33,849 nt of DNA from Methanolinea sp. SDB (lineage in GTDB: Archaea > Halobacteriota > Methanomicrobia > Methanomicrobiales > Methanospirillaceae): positions 1-33,849 of the forward strand of contig LKUF01000414.1 in the NCBI GenBank assembly GCA_001412335.1, read 5' to 3'. The translations under genes were made by a program, and so were the position numbers. The stretch's first letter is position 1. Each line of letters begins with the position of its first letter. Below the pieces are notes generated by a model. That model was not told the DNA's origin, searched no databases, and saw only the letters and a list, made by a program, of their open reading frames with translations. Below are positions 1 to 8,763 of the stretch, one piece after another.

Positions 1-51
1 TTTCAAGCACACAGGGATGCAGTCACCATTTGAGCGATGATGGCAGCTGGA

Positions 52-426
52 TCAGAAACATCCCTGTGTTTTCAGAAGGGCCAGGACCTCGTTGACCTTT
101 CTCCTGACGATATCATCATCATCGTGAGTGTGCCTCGCGAGTGAGGGAAGCGCATCAGCAAGCACCACGGAGTCTCCTTCACCGTGCTCGCTCACTGCCT
201 TCAGGAGCTCGGCTGCAGCGCTCCGGACACGGGGATCGCGGTCATCAAGACATGTCACGATGGCAGGGATCCCGTCCTGGCCGATAAGCTCGTCCGGGTC
301 CCATGCCGGGTCCCAGGTACGTGTAACGAGCGCTTCAATGGCAGCGAGGCGGTCGTCGTCGTCATCCCCCAAAAGGTAGTGGATCTGGGTTGCGAATAGT
401 TCTCTCTCAATCCTGCTTGACATCAC
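52..426 (-). CDS. small HEAT-repeat protein (PBS-lyase HEAT-like)
   Basis: 124-aa ORF. It has HEAT-like helical repeat signatures (DDRDPRVRSAAAELLKAV; DDDDIVRRKVNEVLALL). It is a paralog of the adjacent 484-858 ORF. Confidence 0.5.
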   Translation of the reverse strand: MMSSRIERELFATQIHYLLGDDDDDRLAAIEALVTRTWDPAWDPDELIGQDGIPAIVTCLDDRDPRVRSAAAELLKAVSEHGEGDSVVLADALPSLARHTHDDDDIVRRKVNEVLALLKTQGCF

Positions 427-483
427 TTTTTCTCCGCATCCGGTGATATTCGTGGAATTATATATAATTTCCGCACACCGCTA

Positions 484-858
484 CTATCCATCAGGTTCCT
501 GGATGATGAAAAGGCATCTTTCTGCAAATTTCCGGAGAGGCATGTACGGATCATTTCGCATCCGCAACAATTCATTTTTTGCGCCGGCACCCTTCACCTG
601 GTCCCTGTACCCCAGTTCAGCCAGCCTTGTCAGGGAATGCGCCGCCAGGAGTCTGATCGCTGGTTCCGGATCTCGTAATGCCAGCAAAAGCAGATCGATG
701 CCGTCTGCCCGAACGAAGCGGGGTGGAAAAATTGAGGAAGTGAAGAGCAGAACCACGATTCTCCGGAGGAGCTCCTCTCTCTCCAGGCAGACGTCACTAT
801 GAATGCACCTGTTCATCCCTTCTATCAGGTCTGATCCTCCATTCTCCATCCTGTTCAT
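484..858 (-). CDS. small HEAT/ARM-like repeat protein
   Basis: 124-aa ORF. RADGIDLLLLALRDPEPAIRLLAAHSLTRLAELG aligns by eye with GQDGIPAIVTCLDDRDPRVRSAAAELLKAVSEHG of the neighbouring ORF. Confidence 0.45.
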   Translation of the reverse strand: MNRMENGGSDLIEGMNRCIHSDVCLEREELLRRIVVLLFTSSIFPPRFVRADGIDLLLLALRDPEPAIRLLAAHSLTRLAELGYRDQVKGAGAKNELLRMRNDPYMPLRKFAERCLFIIQEPDG

Positions 859-979
859 GAACAGAATTCCTCCCCCGGATCTCCGTGCACGAAAGATCCT
901 GTTTCAGGAGGAGGATGGGAAAAAGAGGGATTAAATTTTTCCATTTTTATCTCGAAGAGACTCATGAGGCAAGAGATTT

Positions 980-1477
980 ATGCTGCTTGGAATAATGGGG
1001 GACTCACATGATCATCTGCCGAATCTGGATAAGGCAGTCCACGAGATGAACGAATGTTCCGTCGATCTCATCCTGCATACCGGAGATTTCATCTCCCCGT
1101 TCACTATACCCGCACTGGCAAAATGCGACTCCCGGGTCATCGGAGTGTTTGGCAACAATGATGGTGACAGGGCCATGCTCACCGGTAAATGCAAAGAATC
1201 CGGAACAGTGGAGATTCAGGGGAATTTTGTTGATTTTTGCGAGGGTGGCTGGAGGGTGGCTCTCCTACACGGGCATGAGCAGAAGATCCTTGCAGATCTC
1301 ATCGAAAGCGGTCTCTTTGACCTGGTGGTGCACGGGCATACCCACAAAAAAGCCCTCTTTCGAACAGGAGAGACACTGGTATTGAACCCTGGAGAGATAT
1401 GCGGGTACCTCACGGGCGATGCGACCGTTGCAACCGTCGATATGCGCACAAAGGATGCCCGGTTCATAAACTTGTGA
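980..1477 (+). CDS. metallophosphoesterase, MJ0936/YfcE-family phosphodiesterase
   Basis: ATG start, 165 aa. The calcineurin-like motif series is complete: GDSHD, GDFISP, GNNDGD, HGH, GHTH. Confidence 0.8.
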   Translation: MLLGIMGDSHDHLPNLDKAVHEMNECSVDLILHTGDFISPFTIPALAKCDSRVIGVFGNNDGDRAMLTGKCKESGTVEIQGNFVDFCEGGWRVALLHGHEQKILADLIESGLFDLVVHGHTHKKALFRTGETLVLNPGEICGYLTGDATVATVDMRTKDARFINL

Positions 1478-1519
1478 GTGTTTTGACGGGATGGGTGATT
1501 GGGTCCGGGCGGATGTAGC

Positions 1520-3031
1520 ATGTTGAAAGAGAGAGCCGGGTTGCTGGCGGGACTGGTACTGTTTCTCGTCATAGTCGCCATTCCGGTTGATCCGACCGTT
1601 ATGGCCCCTGCTGCGCGCTATACCGCTGCGGTAACGGTTCTCATGGTTATCTGGTGGGTCACCGAACCTATCCCGATATATGCCACGGCACTGCTCCCCC
1701 TCTTTCTCTTTCCCCTTCTCGGTGTATTGAACCCAAAGGCTGCTGCGGCATCGTATGCCGACCAGACCGTATTTCTCTTCATGGGGGGTTTTCTTATTGC
1801 CGCGGCGATGCAGCGATGGAACCTGCACAGGCGAATTGCCCTCCAGATCATATGCCGTACCGGCACAAGCTCAAAGAGGCTCATCTTCGGGTTCATGGTC
1901 GCGACCGCATTCCTCTCGATGTGGATATCCAATACCGCGTCGGCGATGATGATGATTCCCATTGCATTTGCCATCGTCTCGACACTGATGCCATGTACTG
2001 AAAACAACACATGTGATACCAAAGAGGATCGTAGTTTTGCCACCTGCCTGCTTCTCGCCGTAGCCTTTGCGGGCACTATTGGCGGTATGGCCACACTTAT
2101 CGGGACGCCCCCAAACGGTATACTGCTGGCCCAGCTCGAGACTATCTTTCCCCAGGCACCCACAATTGATTTCTTCTCCTGGATGGTCTTTGCGATCCCG
2201 TTTTCCATTATTTTCCTTATTATGGCCTGGGCCTGGCTTACCATTGTAGCATTCCGGAAACTCCCACGGGTTATCTCGCAGGGAGGTGAGATTATCAGGG
2301 GCGAACTATCTGCGCTTGGCGGACTGAAAGGAGGTGAAAAATGGACGCTCCTTGTATTCTGCGGCGTTGCACTCGCCTGGATCTTCCGGACTCCAAAAGT
2401 TATTGGTGAACTGGTTATCCCGGGGATCAACACCTATGTTCCGGCTCTCACCGATCCGGCTATCGCGATTGCAGGAGCAATCCTCCTGTTCATCATCCCT
2501 GCAGACAGTCAATCCGGCGTATACACGCTCGACTGGGATTGTGCGAAGACAATACCCTGGGGTATCCTTATCCTCTTTGGGGGTGGAATCTGCCTTTCTG
2601 AGGCCTTCATCATGAGCGGACTTGCAGATATAATTGCCGGGCACCTGACTGTTCTCGAAGTCCTTCCCCCCATTCTCATCATCCTCATAATCAGCCTGCT
2701 CATCACGTACCTGAACGAAGTGGTATCCAATACCGCAATTGCATCGATCATGATCCCGCTTGTGGCCATCACTGCAGTCTCGATGGGCATCAACCCCCTG
2801 CTCTTCATGATTACTGCGGCACTGGCCTCGTCACTTGGATTCATGCTTCCTGTCGGTACCCCTCCGAATGCCATTGCATATGGAACCGGTTATATCAGTG
2901 TCAGCGACATGGTGAAAGCAGGTTTTGCATTGAATATAATCGGAGTCATCCTGGTCACGATATTCATGGACTTTATTGTCCCTGCTGTCATGGGGATCCA
3001 ACCCGGTCTTCCTGACTGGGCCATTTTATGA
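1520..3031 (+). CDS. DASS/SLC13-family anion (di/tricarboxylate or sulfate):Na+ symporter
   Basis: Polytopic membrane protein with two SNT hairpin-tip motifs (ISNTASAMMMIP, VSNTAIASIMIP) and GTPPN repeats. The ORF-track start at 1499 is a TTG; the first ATG is 1520 (MLKERAG). Confidence 0.75.
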   Translation: MLKERAGLLAGLVLFLVIVAIPVDPTVMAPAARYTAAVTVLMVIWWVTEPIPIYATALLPLFLFPLLGVLNPKAAAASYADQTVFLFMGGFLIAAAMQRWNLHRRIALQIICRTGTSSKRLIFGFMVATAFLSMWISNTASAMMMIPIAFAIVSTLMPCTENNTCDTKEDRSFATCLLLAVAFAGTIGGMATLIGTPPNGILLAQLETIFPQAPTIDFFSWMVFAIPFSIIFLIMAWAWLTIVAFRKLPRVISQGGEIIRGELSALGGLKGGEKWTLLVFCGVALAWIFRTPKVIGELVIPGINTYVPALTDPAIAIAGAILLFIIPADSQSGVYTLDWDCAKTIPWGILILFGGGICLSEAFIMSGLADIIAGHLTVLEVLPPILIILIISLLITYLNEVVSNTAIASIMIPLVAITAVSMGINPLLFMITAALASSLGFMLPVGTPPNAIAYGTGYISVSDMVKAGFALNIIGVILVTIFMDFIVPAVMGIQPGLPDWAIL

Positions 3032-3195
3032 ACCAGGGGAGCCGCTTTTCTCTTGAAGGGGGGAAATACCCTCCGATGAACCTGTTCTCTTTCCGGGTAA
3101 TATTTAACCTGCAGAATATATATTGTATGGAACGTATACCGGTCTGGAATCAGGGCAGGCGAAATTTTAAGAATTTTCTTTGAAATAAGGATTTA

Positions 3196-4953
3196 TTGGT
3201 GGTTTTTTTGAAAGGCGGGGAATGGGAAGAAGTGCCGGGTCTTGATGGAGTGACGATCTATTCCTATATCAGGAAGGTCGATATCGCTTCATCGAACAGT
3301 TATATTATCTCTTTTTGTGATGCCATCGTGTTCATTGACCCGGGAGGTCTCCCCGAGCAGGCAGCGACACTTCTCCGTGAGATCGAGTTGCAACGAGCGA
3401 GGAAGGACCGCCCCGTGTTGATATTCCTCACGCATGTGCACCTTGATCACTGCCTGTCGTTACTTACCGATCCGGGATTCAGGAATCTCCCCAGACAGAT
3501 ACTCTTTGTCCAGGATTCCGGTGCCAATTCGCTTGAATGCGGAGATCGGAAGGCGACCATCGCCGATCTTGTCGAACTTGACTATGAAAAGACGGACGTG
3601 GATGTACACCTGTTTTGTGGGGATGAAACCGAATCGGGAATTATCATAGATGTAACCCCTGATGGAGAAATTGAATTTTCTGCACCAGACAGGGATTGCA
3701 GGAAAAATATTCCCTCCGAGACCATCCGCCTGGAGAATGGGGACGAGATCGAGGTATACCACACTCCCGGTCACAGTCCTGACAGCATCTGTATCCGGGT
3801 CGGAGAGGTACTTTTTTGCGGCGATCTCGTCTTTGCCACGGCACCGGGAATCGCAGGACTGACCGGGTGGGATCGCAAGGAACTTGATACGACCATACAA
3901 CGTGTTCTCTCTCTCCTATCTGAAGAAAAGATCACGGTCTGTCTCCCCGGTCATGGACGGCCGATGGATACGGCATCTACAGTGAGTGCTCTTCTGGCGA
4001 TTCAGAAGGAAGCGCAGGGACTGGATGGGATCCATGAAGTTAACCCCGAATGGGCCAGGAAGACAGCTCTTTTTGGCCGTAGCCTGATGTCGGAGGTCGA
4101 CAGGCTCTTTACGATAATTGCGGGAAGACTTGTGTATGTCTCGCACGTACTCGAGGAACTGGAAGAGCGCGGCGAAGCGGCGCGAATGGAAGATCTCATA
4201 GATTCCGGACTGGTAGACGAGTTATTATCTGATTTCAACAGGTTCTCATCGGACCTGCAGGCCGGTAACAAGCGGGAGATCCACCTGGCACTCAAGGCCG
4301 GCCAGATAGCGGCGAAACTGAAAAGGCTCTTCCGAAAAGATCTGCTGGCCACCGTCCTTGACCTGTCACTGCTCCGCCGTATCGAGAGGCACCTTGAGGA
4401 TTACAATGTGACATTCCGGGGCTTTTGTCCCCTGGCCCGCATTGAATGCACTGATATTGCCATCTCGATGGGCGAGATCGTTGCAAATGTGGTTCGCCCG
4501 CCATACCATGACGAGGATATCATCCTCGCTCCGGATGAAGAGTCGTTTGCACGGGCTCTCGCGCTTCGTATAGCCTGGGTCAACCTGTTCGAGAAGATGA
4601 AGTTCGAATACTCTCCAGGACTCTCTCTGCCTCTCGTTCTCATGGATAACGAACGTTTTGAAGACACAGTGATTTTTATCCTGGAAAAGCTCTCCGTTGC
4701 CGGGGTGCCATCCATCAATATCTCCTCAAGGGTGGATAAGGATGGGGTGACAATGTCACTTGAGGGGGTGGCTGGAGGAAGGGTGCCCCTTGACAGGCAG
4801 GCAGAGCTTTTTGCCAGAAATTCCACGGATCTATCGGGAGGCGGGTTCTCACTCCGGTCGAGTGAAGATGAATTCTGCATTGAATTAACATACCCTGTCG
4901 GCGAGACCGGGAGTATGAATAATGCGGATGCAGGGAAAGTATCAGAGAAGTGA
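3196..4953 (+). CDS. MBL-fold metallo-hydrolase fused to a helical linker and a degenerate SpoIIAB/RsbW-like (GHKL) C-terminal domain
   Basis: The N-terminal ~265 aa carry the MBL motifs THVHLDHC (HxHxDH), HTPGHSPDS, CGD and LPGHG. The central helices contain VSHVLEELEE (His codon 4144-4146). The C-terminus INISSRVDKDGVTMSLEGVAGGRVPLDRQAELFARNSTDLSGGGFSL resembles the G1/G2 region of anti-sigma kinases, but without a clear N-box Asn or DxGxG. The start is TTG 3196 or GTG 3199; there is no nearby ATG. Confidence 0.6.
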   Translation: MVVFLKGGEWEEVPGLDGVTIYSYIRKVDIASSNSYIISFCDAIVFIDPGGLPEQAATLLREIELQRARKDRPVLIFLTHVHLDHCLSLLTDPGFRNLPRQILFVQDSGANSLECGDRKATIADLVELDYEKTDVDVHLFCGDETESGIIIDVTPDGEIEFSAPDRDCRKNIPSETIRLENGDEIEVYHTPGHSPDSICIRVGEVLFCGDLVFATAPGIAGLTGWDRKELDTTIQRVLSLLSEEKITVCLPGHGRPMDTASTVSALLAIQKEAQGLDGIHEVNPEWARKTALFGRSLMSEVDRLFTIIAGRLVYVSHVLEELEERGEAARMEDLIDSGLVDELLSDFNRFSSDLQAGNKREIHLALKAGQIAAKLKRLFRKDLLATVLDLSLLRRIERHLEDYNVTFRGFCPLARIECTDIAISMGEIVANVVRPPYHDEDIILAPDEESFARALALRIAWVNLFEKMKFEYSPGLSLPLVLMDNERFEDTVIFILEKLSVAGVPSINISSRVDKDGVTMSLEGVAGGRVPLDRQAELFARNSTDLSGGGFSLRSSEDEFCIELTYPVGETGSMNNADAGKVSEK

Positions 4954-4959
4954 TCATGT

Positions 4960-5274
4960 ATGGAGAAAAACCCCCAAATCATCCGGTTATCCGGGCGTAT
5001 CGACGCCACGACGGCGCCTGGAATGGAGAAAGAGCTGTTTTCCGGAATAGAAGAAGGTACACGGGCAATGATCATCGATCTCGAAGCAGTGGATTACATG
5101 AGCAGTGCAGGACTCCGTGTTCTCCTTTCAGCGCTCAAAAAAATGAAATCTGTCGGCGGAGAGGTGCGGCTCTCTTCACTGCAGCCGCACGTCAGGGAAG
5201 TCTTTGAAATGACGGGTTTTTCACGTCTATTCACAATCTGTGCAGACATCGATGATGCACAAACGAGTTTTTAA
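4960..5274 (+). CDS. STAS-domain protein (anti-sigma-factor-antagonist, SpoIIAA/RsbV-like)
   Basis: 104 aa. It has the canonical layout IDLEAVDYMSSAGLRVLL, with the conserved phosphorylatable Ser pair (codons 5101-5106), and PHVREVFEMTGFSRLF. It starts 6 nt after the upstream stop. Confidence 0.85.
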   Translation: MEKNPQIIRLSGRIDATTAPGMEKELFSGIEEGTRAMIIDLEAVDYMSSAGLRVLLSALKKMKSVGGEVRLSSLQPHVREVFEMTGFSRLFTICADIDDAQTSF

Positions 5275-5333
5275 GCACCCTCCCAATCCCCTCACCCCTC
5301 CTCCATCCAGCCGGCCGCGCACCACGTAACCGA

Positions 5334-5376
5334 CATGTATGTACAATAATGTATATATTTATACAAGACATACATG
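5334..5376. promoter_or_regulatory. trpB2 promoter: TATA box flanked by a perfect 9-bp inverted repeat, with a TGTACA box
   Basis: CATGTATGT (5334-5342) and ACATACATG (5368-5376) are exact reverse complements. They bracket TATATATTTATA. TGTACA lies at 5340-5345. The right arm contains the ATG at 5374. Confidence 0.4.
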
Positions 5377-6744
5377 GATCTCATGAAGACCAAGATCCTG
5401 CTTGAAGAGGAAGAGATGCCAAGGAGATGGTATAATGTCATGGCCGATCTTCCCTCTCCACTCGATCCTCCCCTCCATCCACAGACTGGTAAACCGGTCG
5501 TTCCTGACGACCTCGCACCGATCTTCCCGATGGAGCTCATCCGCCAGGAGATGAGCCCCGAACGTTTCATCGACATACCCGAAGACGTGAGAGATATCCT
5601 TCGCCTCTGGAGACCAAGTCCGCTCTACCGGGCAAACCGCCTGGAAAAGTTCCTCAAGACACCGGCACGGATCTATTACAAGTATGAAGGAGTAAGCCCT
5701 CCCGGGAGCCATAAACCAAATACAGCCGTAGCCCAGGCATACTACAACATGAAGGAAGGCAAGGAGCGTATCGCCACCGAGACCGGCGCCGGCCAGTGGG
5801 GATCGGCCCTTGCATTCGCTACCCAGATCTTCGGGCTTGAATGCACAATCTACATGGTGCGTGCCAGTTATACCCAAAAGCCGTACCGCAAATCCATGAT
5901 GCAGGTATGGGGTGCCGAGTGCATACCGAGCCCGAGCACAAAGACACAATCTGGCAGGGCGATACTCGAAAGAGATCCCGAAACAACCGGGAGCCTGGGA
6001 ATTGCGATCTCGGAGGCGGTCGAAGATGCGGCCACCCATCCGAATACCAACTATTCACTTGGGTCTGTGCTTAACCATGTCTGTATCCACCAGAGTATTG
6101 TGGGCCTCGAGAGCCGCGAACAGATGGCACAGGTGGACGATTACCCTGATATCGTCATCGGATGCGTCGGAGGAGGATCCAATTTTGCTGGGATCTCGTT
6201 TCCCTTCGCCGGCGACAAGCTGACCGGAAAACACCCGGATGTGGAGATTATCGGGGCCGAACCGGCCTCGTGTCCGACCCTGACAAAAGGGCTGTATACG
6301 TATGACTTCGGGGATGTTGCCGGCCTCACCCCGCTCCTGAAGATGTTCACGCTCGGGCATGACTTTGTTCCTCCCGCCATCCACGCCGGGGGCCTGCGCT
6401 ATCACGGGGATTCTCCGATAGTCTCCCGCCTGGTGCATGACGGTGTCATACGTGCGGTATCGTATCACCAGAACGAAGTATTCGAAGCAGGCCAGATGTT
6501 TGCCCGGACTGAAGGAATAATCATAGCTCCGGAGACTTCCCATGCGGTGAAGGCCGCAATCGATGAAGCGATAAAATGCCGCCAGACAGGTGAAACAAAG
6601 TCCATTCTCTTCAACTGTTCCGGCCATGGTCACTTTGACATGTCGGCATACGATGCATTCTATGCAGGCCAGCTTGTCGACTACGAATACCCCGAGCAAC
6701 TGATCAGGGAATCGCTTGGCCGGCTGCCAAAGATCGGGCAGTAG
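5374..6744 (+). CDS. trpB2: TrpB2-type tryptophan synthase beta-like PLP enzyme
   Basis: 456 aa. It has the long TrpB2-style N-terminus ([12 protein letters not shown]), the PLP-lysine motif [26 protein letters not shown] and [11 protein letters not shown]. An alternative leaderless start is ATG 5383. Confidence 0.85.
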   Translation: MDLMKTKILLEEEEMPRRWYNVMADLPSPLDPPLHPQTGKPVVPDDLAPIFPMELIRQEMSPERFIDIPEDVRDILRLWRPSPLYRANRLEKFLKTPARIYYKYEGVSPPGSHKPNTAVAQAYYNMKEGKERIATETGAGQWGSALAFATQIFGLECTIYMVRASYTQKPYRKSMMQVWGAECIPSPSTKTQSGRAILERDPETTGSLGIAISEAVEDAATHPNTNYSLGSVLNHVCIHQSIVGLESREQMAQVDDYPDIVIGCVGGGSNFAGISFPFAGDKLTGKHPDVEIIGAEPASCPTLTKGLYTYDFGDVAGLTPLLKMFTLGHDFVPPAIHAGGLRYHGDSPIVSRLVHDGVIRAVSYHQNEVFEAGQMFARTEGIIIAPETSHAVKAAIDEAIKCRQTGETKSILFNCSGHGHFDMSAYDAFYAGQLVDYEYPEQLIRESLGRLPKIGQ

Positions 6745-6753
6745 GCAGCCAGG

Positions 6754-6786
6754 GGGAGAGTGCGCTCCCTCAACCAGATGTTTTTT
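6754..6786 (+). terminator. possible terminator after trpB2 (short hairpin plus T6)
   Basis: GGGAG (6754-6758) pairs with CTCCC (6765-6769), followed by TTTTTT at 6781-6786. Confidence 0.3.
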
Positions 6787-6825
6787 GTAATGGGGATGGG
6801 AAAATCCGGAAAGAGTGAGTTTTTT

Positions 6826-7959
6826 ATGGAAAGGATCGGATTTCTCATCAACCCGGTTGCCGGGATGGGCGGTACCGTAGGATTGAAAGGTACCGACAAC
6901 CTCTATGCTGAAGCGGTCAAAATGGGAGCGAAACCCGGTTCCTGGAAACGGGCTCTGGAAACAATGAGCAGGATTCAGGACTGTGGTTTTCACTTCGTCA
7001 CCTGCTCGGGCCAGATGGGAGAAGACATACTGGTCAAAGCCGGGATTCCGGGCTATGATGTGGTGTATCACACGCCGGACCGGAGTTTTTCCAGCGACAC
7101 GAGGGAGGCATGCCGGCGGTTTCTCGAGGCGGGTGTGGAGATGATCCTCTTCTGCGGTGGAGATGGCACCGCCCGCGATCTCTTCGACGTGGTGCAGGAA
7201 AGAATCCCAATCCTTGGAATTCCGGCGGGTGTAAAGATGTACTCCTCTGTTTTCGCAGTATCTCCCGGAGCTGCGGCAGATGTCATGAAGAGTCTCTCTC
7301 CGGCATGTGGTGACTCACCGAAGCGGATCCCCCTCAGGGAGACGGAGGTGGTGGACGTCGACGAGGAGGCATACCGCCACGGGGAACTCAAAACCCGCCT
7401 GTATGGTTTCGCAAAAAGCCCGTTTGTCCCCGGGCTTGTCCAGTCAACAAAGCAAGTCTTCGAGGAGCGCGAGGAGGAACGGGCCAAGGAAGCAATCTCA
7501 CGTTTTCTCGTGGAAGTAATACGAGGGACGCCCGACATCCTCTACATTCTCGGCCCCGGAACCACCACAGGATCCATCGCGCAGCAGTGCGGTATCAAAA
7601 AGACACTGCTCGGGTTTGACGCCATGAAAGAATGCCGACTTGAGCGGACCGATCTGAACGAGAAGGATATGCTCGGGCTCCTTGACAGGGAAGAGAAGGT
7701 GCGTCTCGTTGTAAGCATCATAGGAGCCCAGGGATCCGTTCTCGGCAGAGGTACTCAGCAGATAAGCCCTGCAGTGTTGGAAAGGATCGGCGTGGACAAC
7801 ATCATCATACTGGCGACACCCCACAAACTCCAGGAGACGCCTTTTTTGTTCTTTGACACAGGAGATCCGGATCTTGACGGATCGTTCGGAGATTTCGTCT
7901 CCGTAATCTCGGGTTACAGGGTCGCGCAGAGAAAACCTGTGGCCAGGAACAGAACCTGA
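6826..7959 (+). CDS. ATP-NAD kinase family protein (AcoX-like / COG3199-like)
   Basis: GFLINPVAGMGG N-terminus and FCGGDGTARD (the GGDGT diacylglycerol/NAD-kinase motif). I chose ATG 6826 over the ORF-track start 6760 because the homologous region begins at MERIGFLINP. Confidence 0.6.
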   Translation: MERIGFLINPVAGMGGTVGLKGTDNLYAEAVKMGAKPGSWKRALETMSRIQDCGFHFVTCSGQMGEDILVKAGIPGYDVVYHTPDRSFSSDTREACRRFLEAGVEMILFCGGDGTARDLFDVVQERIPILGIPAGVKMYSSVFAVSPGAAADVMKSLSPACGDSPKRIPLRETEVVDVDEEAYRHGELKTRLYGFAKSPFVPGLVQSTKQVFEEREEERAKEAISRFLVEVIRGTPDILYILGPGTTTGSIAQQCGIKKTLLGFDAMKECRLERTDLNEKDMLGLLDREEKVRLVVSIIGAQGSVLGRGTQQISPAVLERIGVDNIIILATPHKLQETPFLFFDTGDPDLDGSFGDFVSVISGYRVAQRKPVARNRT

Positions 7960-8038
7960 GATGGGGTTTTTGGAAGAATCTGTCAGAAGAAAACGGATTC
8001 AAATCATTTTTCTGGTCCAGGATACCTGTATTGTGAGC

Positions 8039-8740
8039 ATGGACGAGATAAAGAAGGCATTCGATTCGGGTGCTTCTGCATACGATGCCCAGAGACGATT
8101 CATCATCCCGGGATTCGATGATTTGTACGAGGCAGCGATCTGGGCTGCCGAATGGCCGGGAGAGAAGCCGGCAATCCTTGATATTGGCGCAGGAACAGGG
8201 CTTTTAGCGGCACTTCTCCTGCAGAAGTATCCCCAATGCACGATCACCCTGCTGGATGTATCCGAAAATATGCTGGATGTAGCGCGAAAGCGTTTTTTTG
8301 GAATGAAAAATGTCGGATACCGTATACAGGATTATCGTTGCGAGACTATTGGAGGACGCTACGATCTCATCTGTTCTGCGCTCTCCATTCATCACCTCGA
8401 ACATGAGGATAAACGCTCATTGTACCGGAGAATATTCCAGCTTCTGAATCAAGGCGGCGTTTTCGTAAATGCAGAGCAGGTGATGGGGGAATCAGGCTGG
8501 CATCAGACGCGTAATTATTCATACTGGGATGAGTATGTCATGAACGGGCCGCTGCAGAGCGACCAGGTAAAAGAGGCTATGAAGCGGCGGGACAGCCTGG
8601 ATAAGGTCGAGAGACTCTCTGTACAACTGGATTGGCTCAGGGATACCGGTTTCTCTGACGTGGATGTCGTATACAAGAACAGGTCGTTTGCAGTATTCAT
8701 GGGTCGAAAGGGGGACTCGCTATCCGGGGACGGGATATGA
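8039..8740 (+). CDS. class I SAM-dependent methyltransferase
   Basis: Motif I ILDIGAGTGLLAALL, post-I LLDVSENML, and SALSIHHLEHEDK...LNQGGVFV. I chose ATG 8039 (MDEIKKAF) over the track start 7961. Confidence 0.75.
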   Translation: MDEIKKAFDSGASAYDAQRRFIIPGFDDLYEAAIWAAEWPGEKPAILDIGAGTGLLAALLLQKYPQCTITLLDVSENMLDVARKRFFGMKNVGYRIQDYRCETIGGRYDLICSALSIHHLEHEDKRSLYRRIFQLLNQGGVFVNAEQVMGESGWHQTRNYSYWDEYVMNGPLQSDQVKEAMKRRDSLDKVERLSVQLDWLRDTGFSDVDVVYKNRSFAVFMGRKGDSLSGDGI

Positions 8741-8763
8741 TCAAATGCTATTCAATGCAATAA

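Noticed and set aside
4401-5075. 224-aa ORF on the - strand; similar antisense ORFs at 1618-2433, 12924-13592 and 31411-32109
   Set aside because: They are antisense to well-supported genes (MBL/STAS, DASS, trpF/trpB, cbiM/N/Q). Their composition is Ser/Arg/Pro-rich, with no motifs.
6055-7071. 338-aa ORF on the - strand
   Set aside because: It is antisense to trpB2 and the ATP-NAD-kinase-like gene and spans their intergenic gap. It has no family signature.
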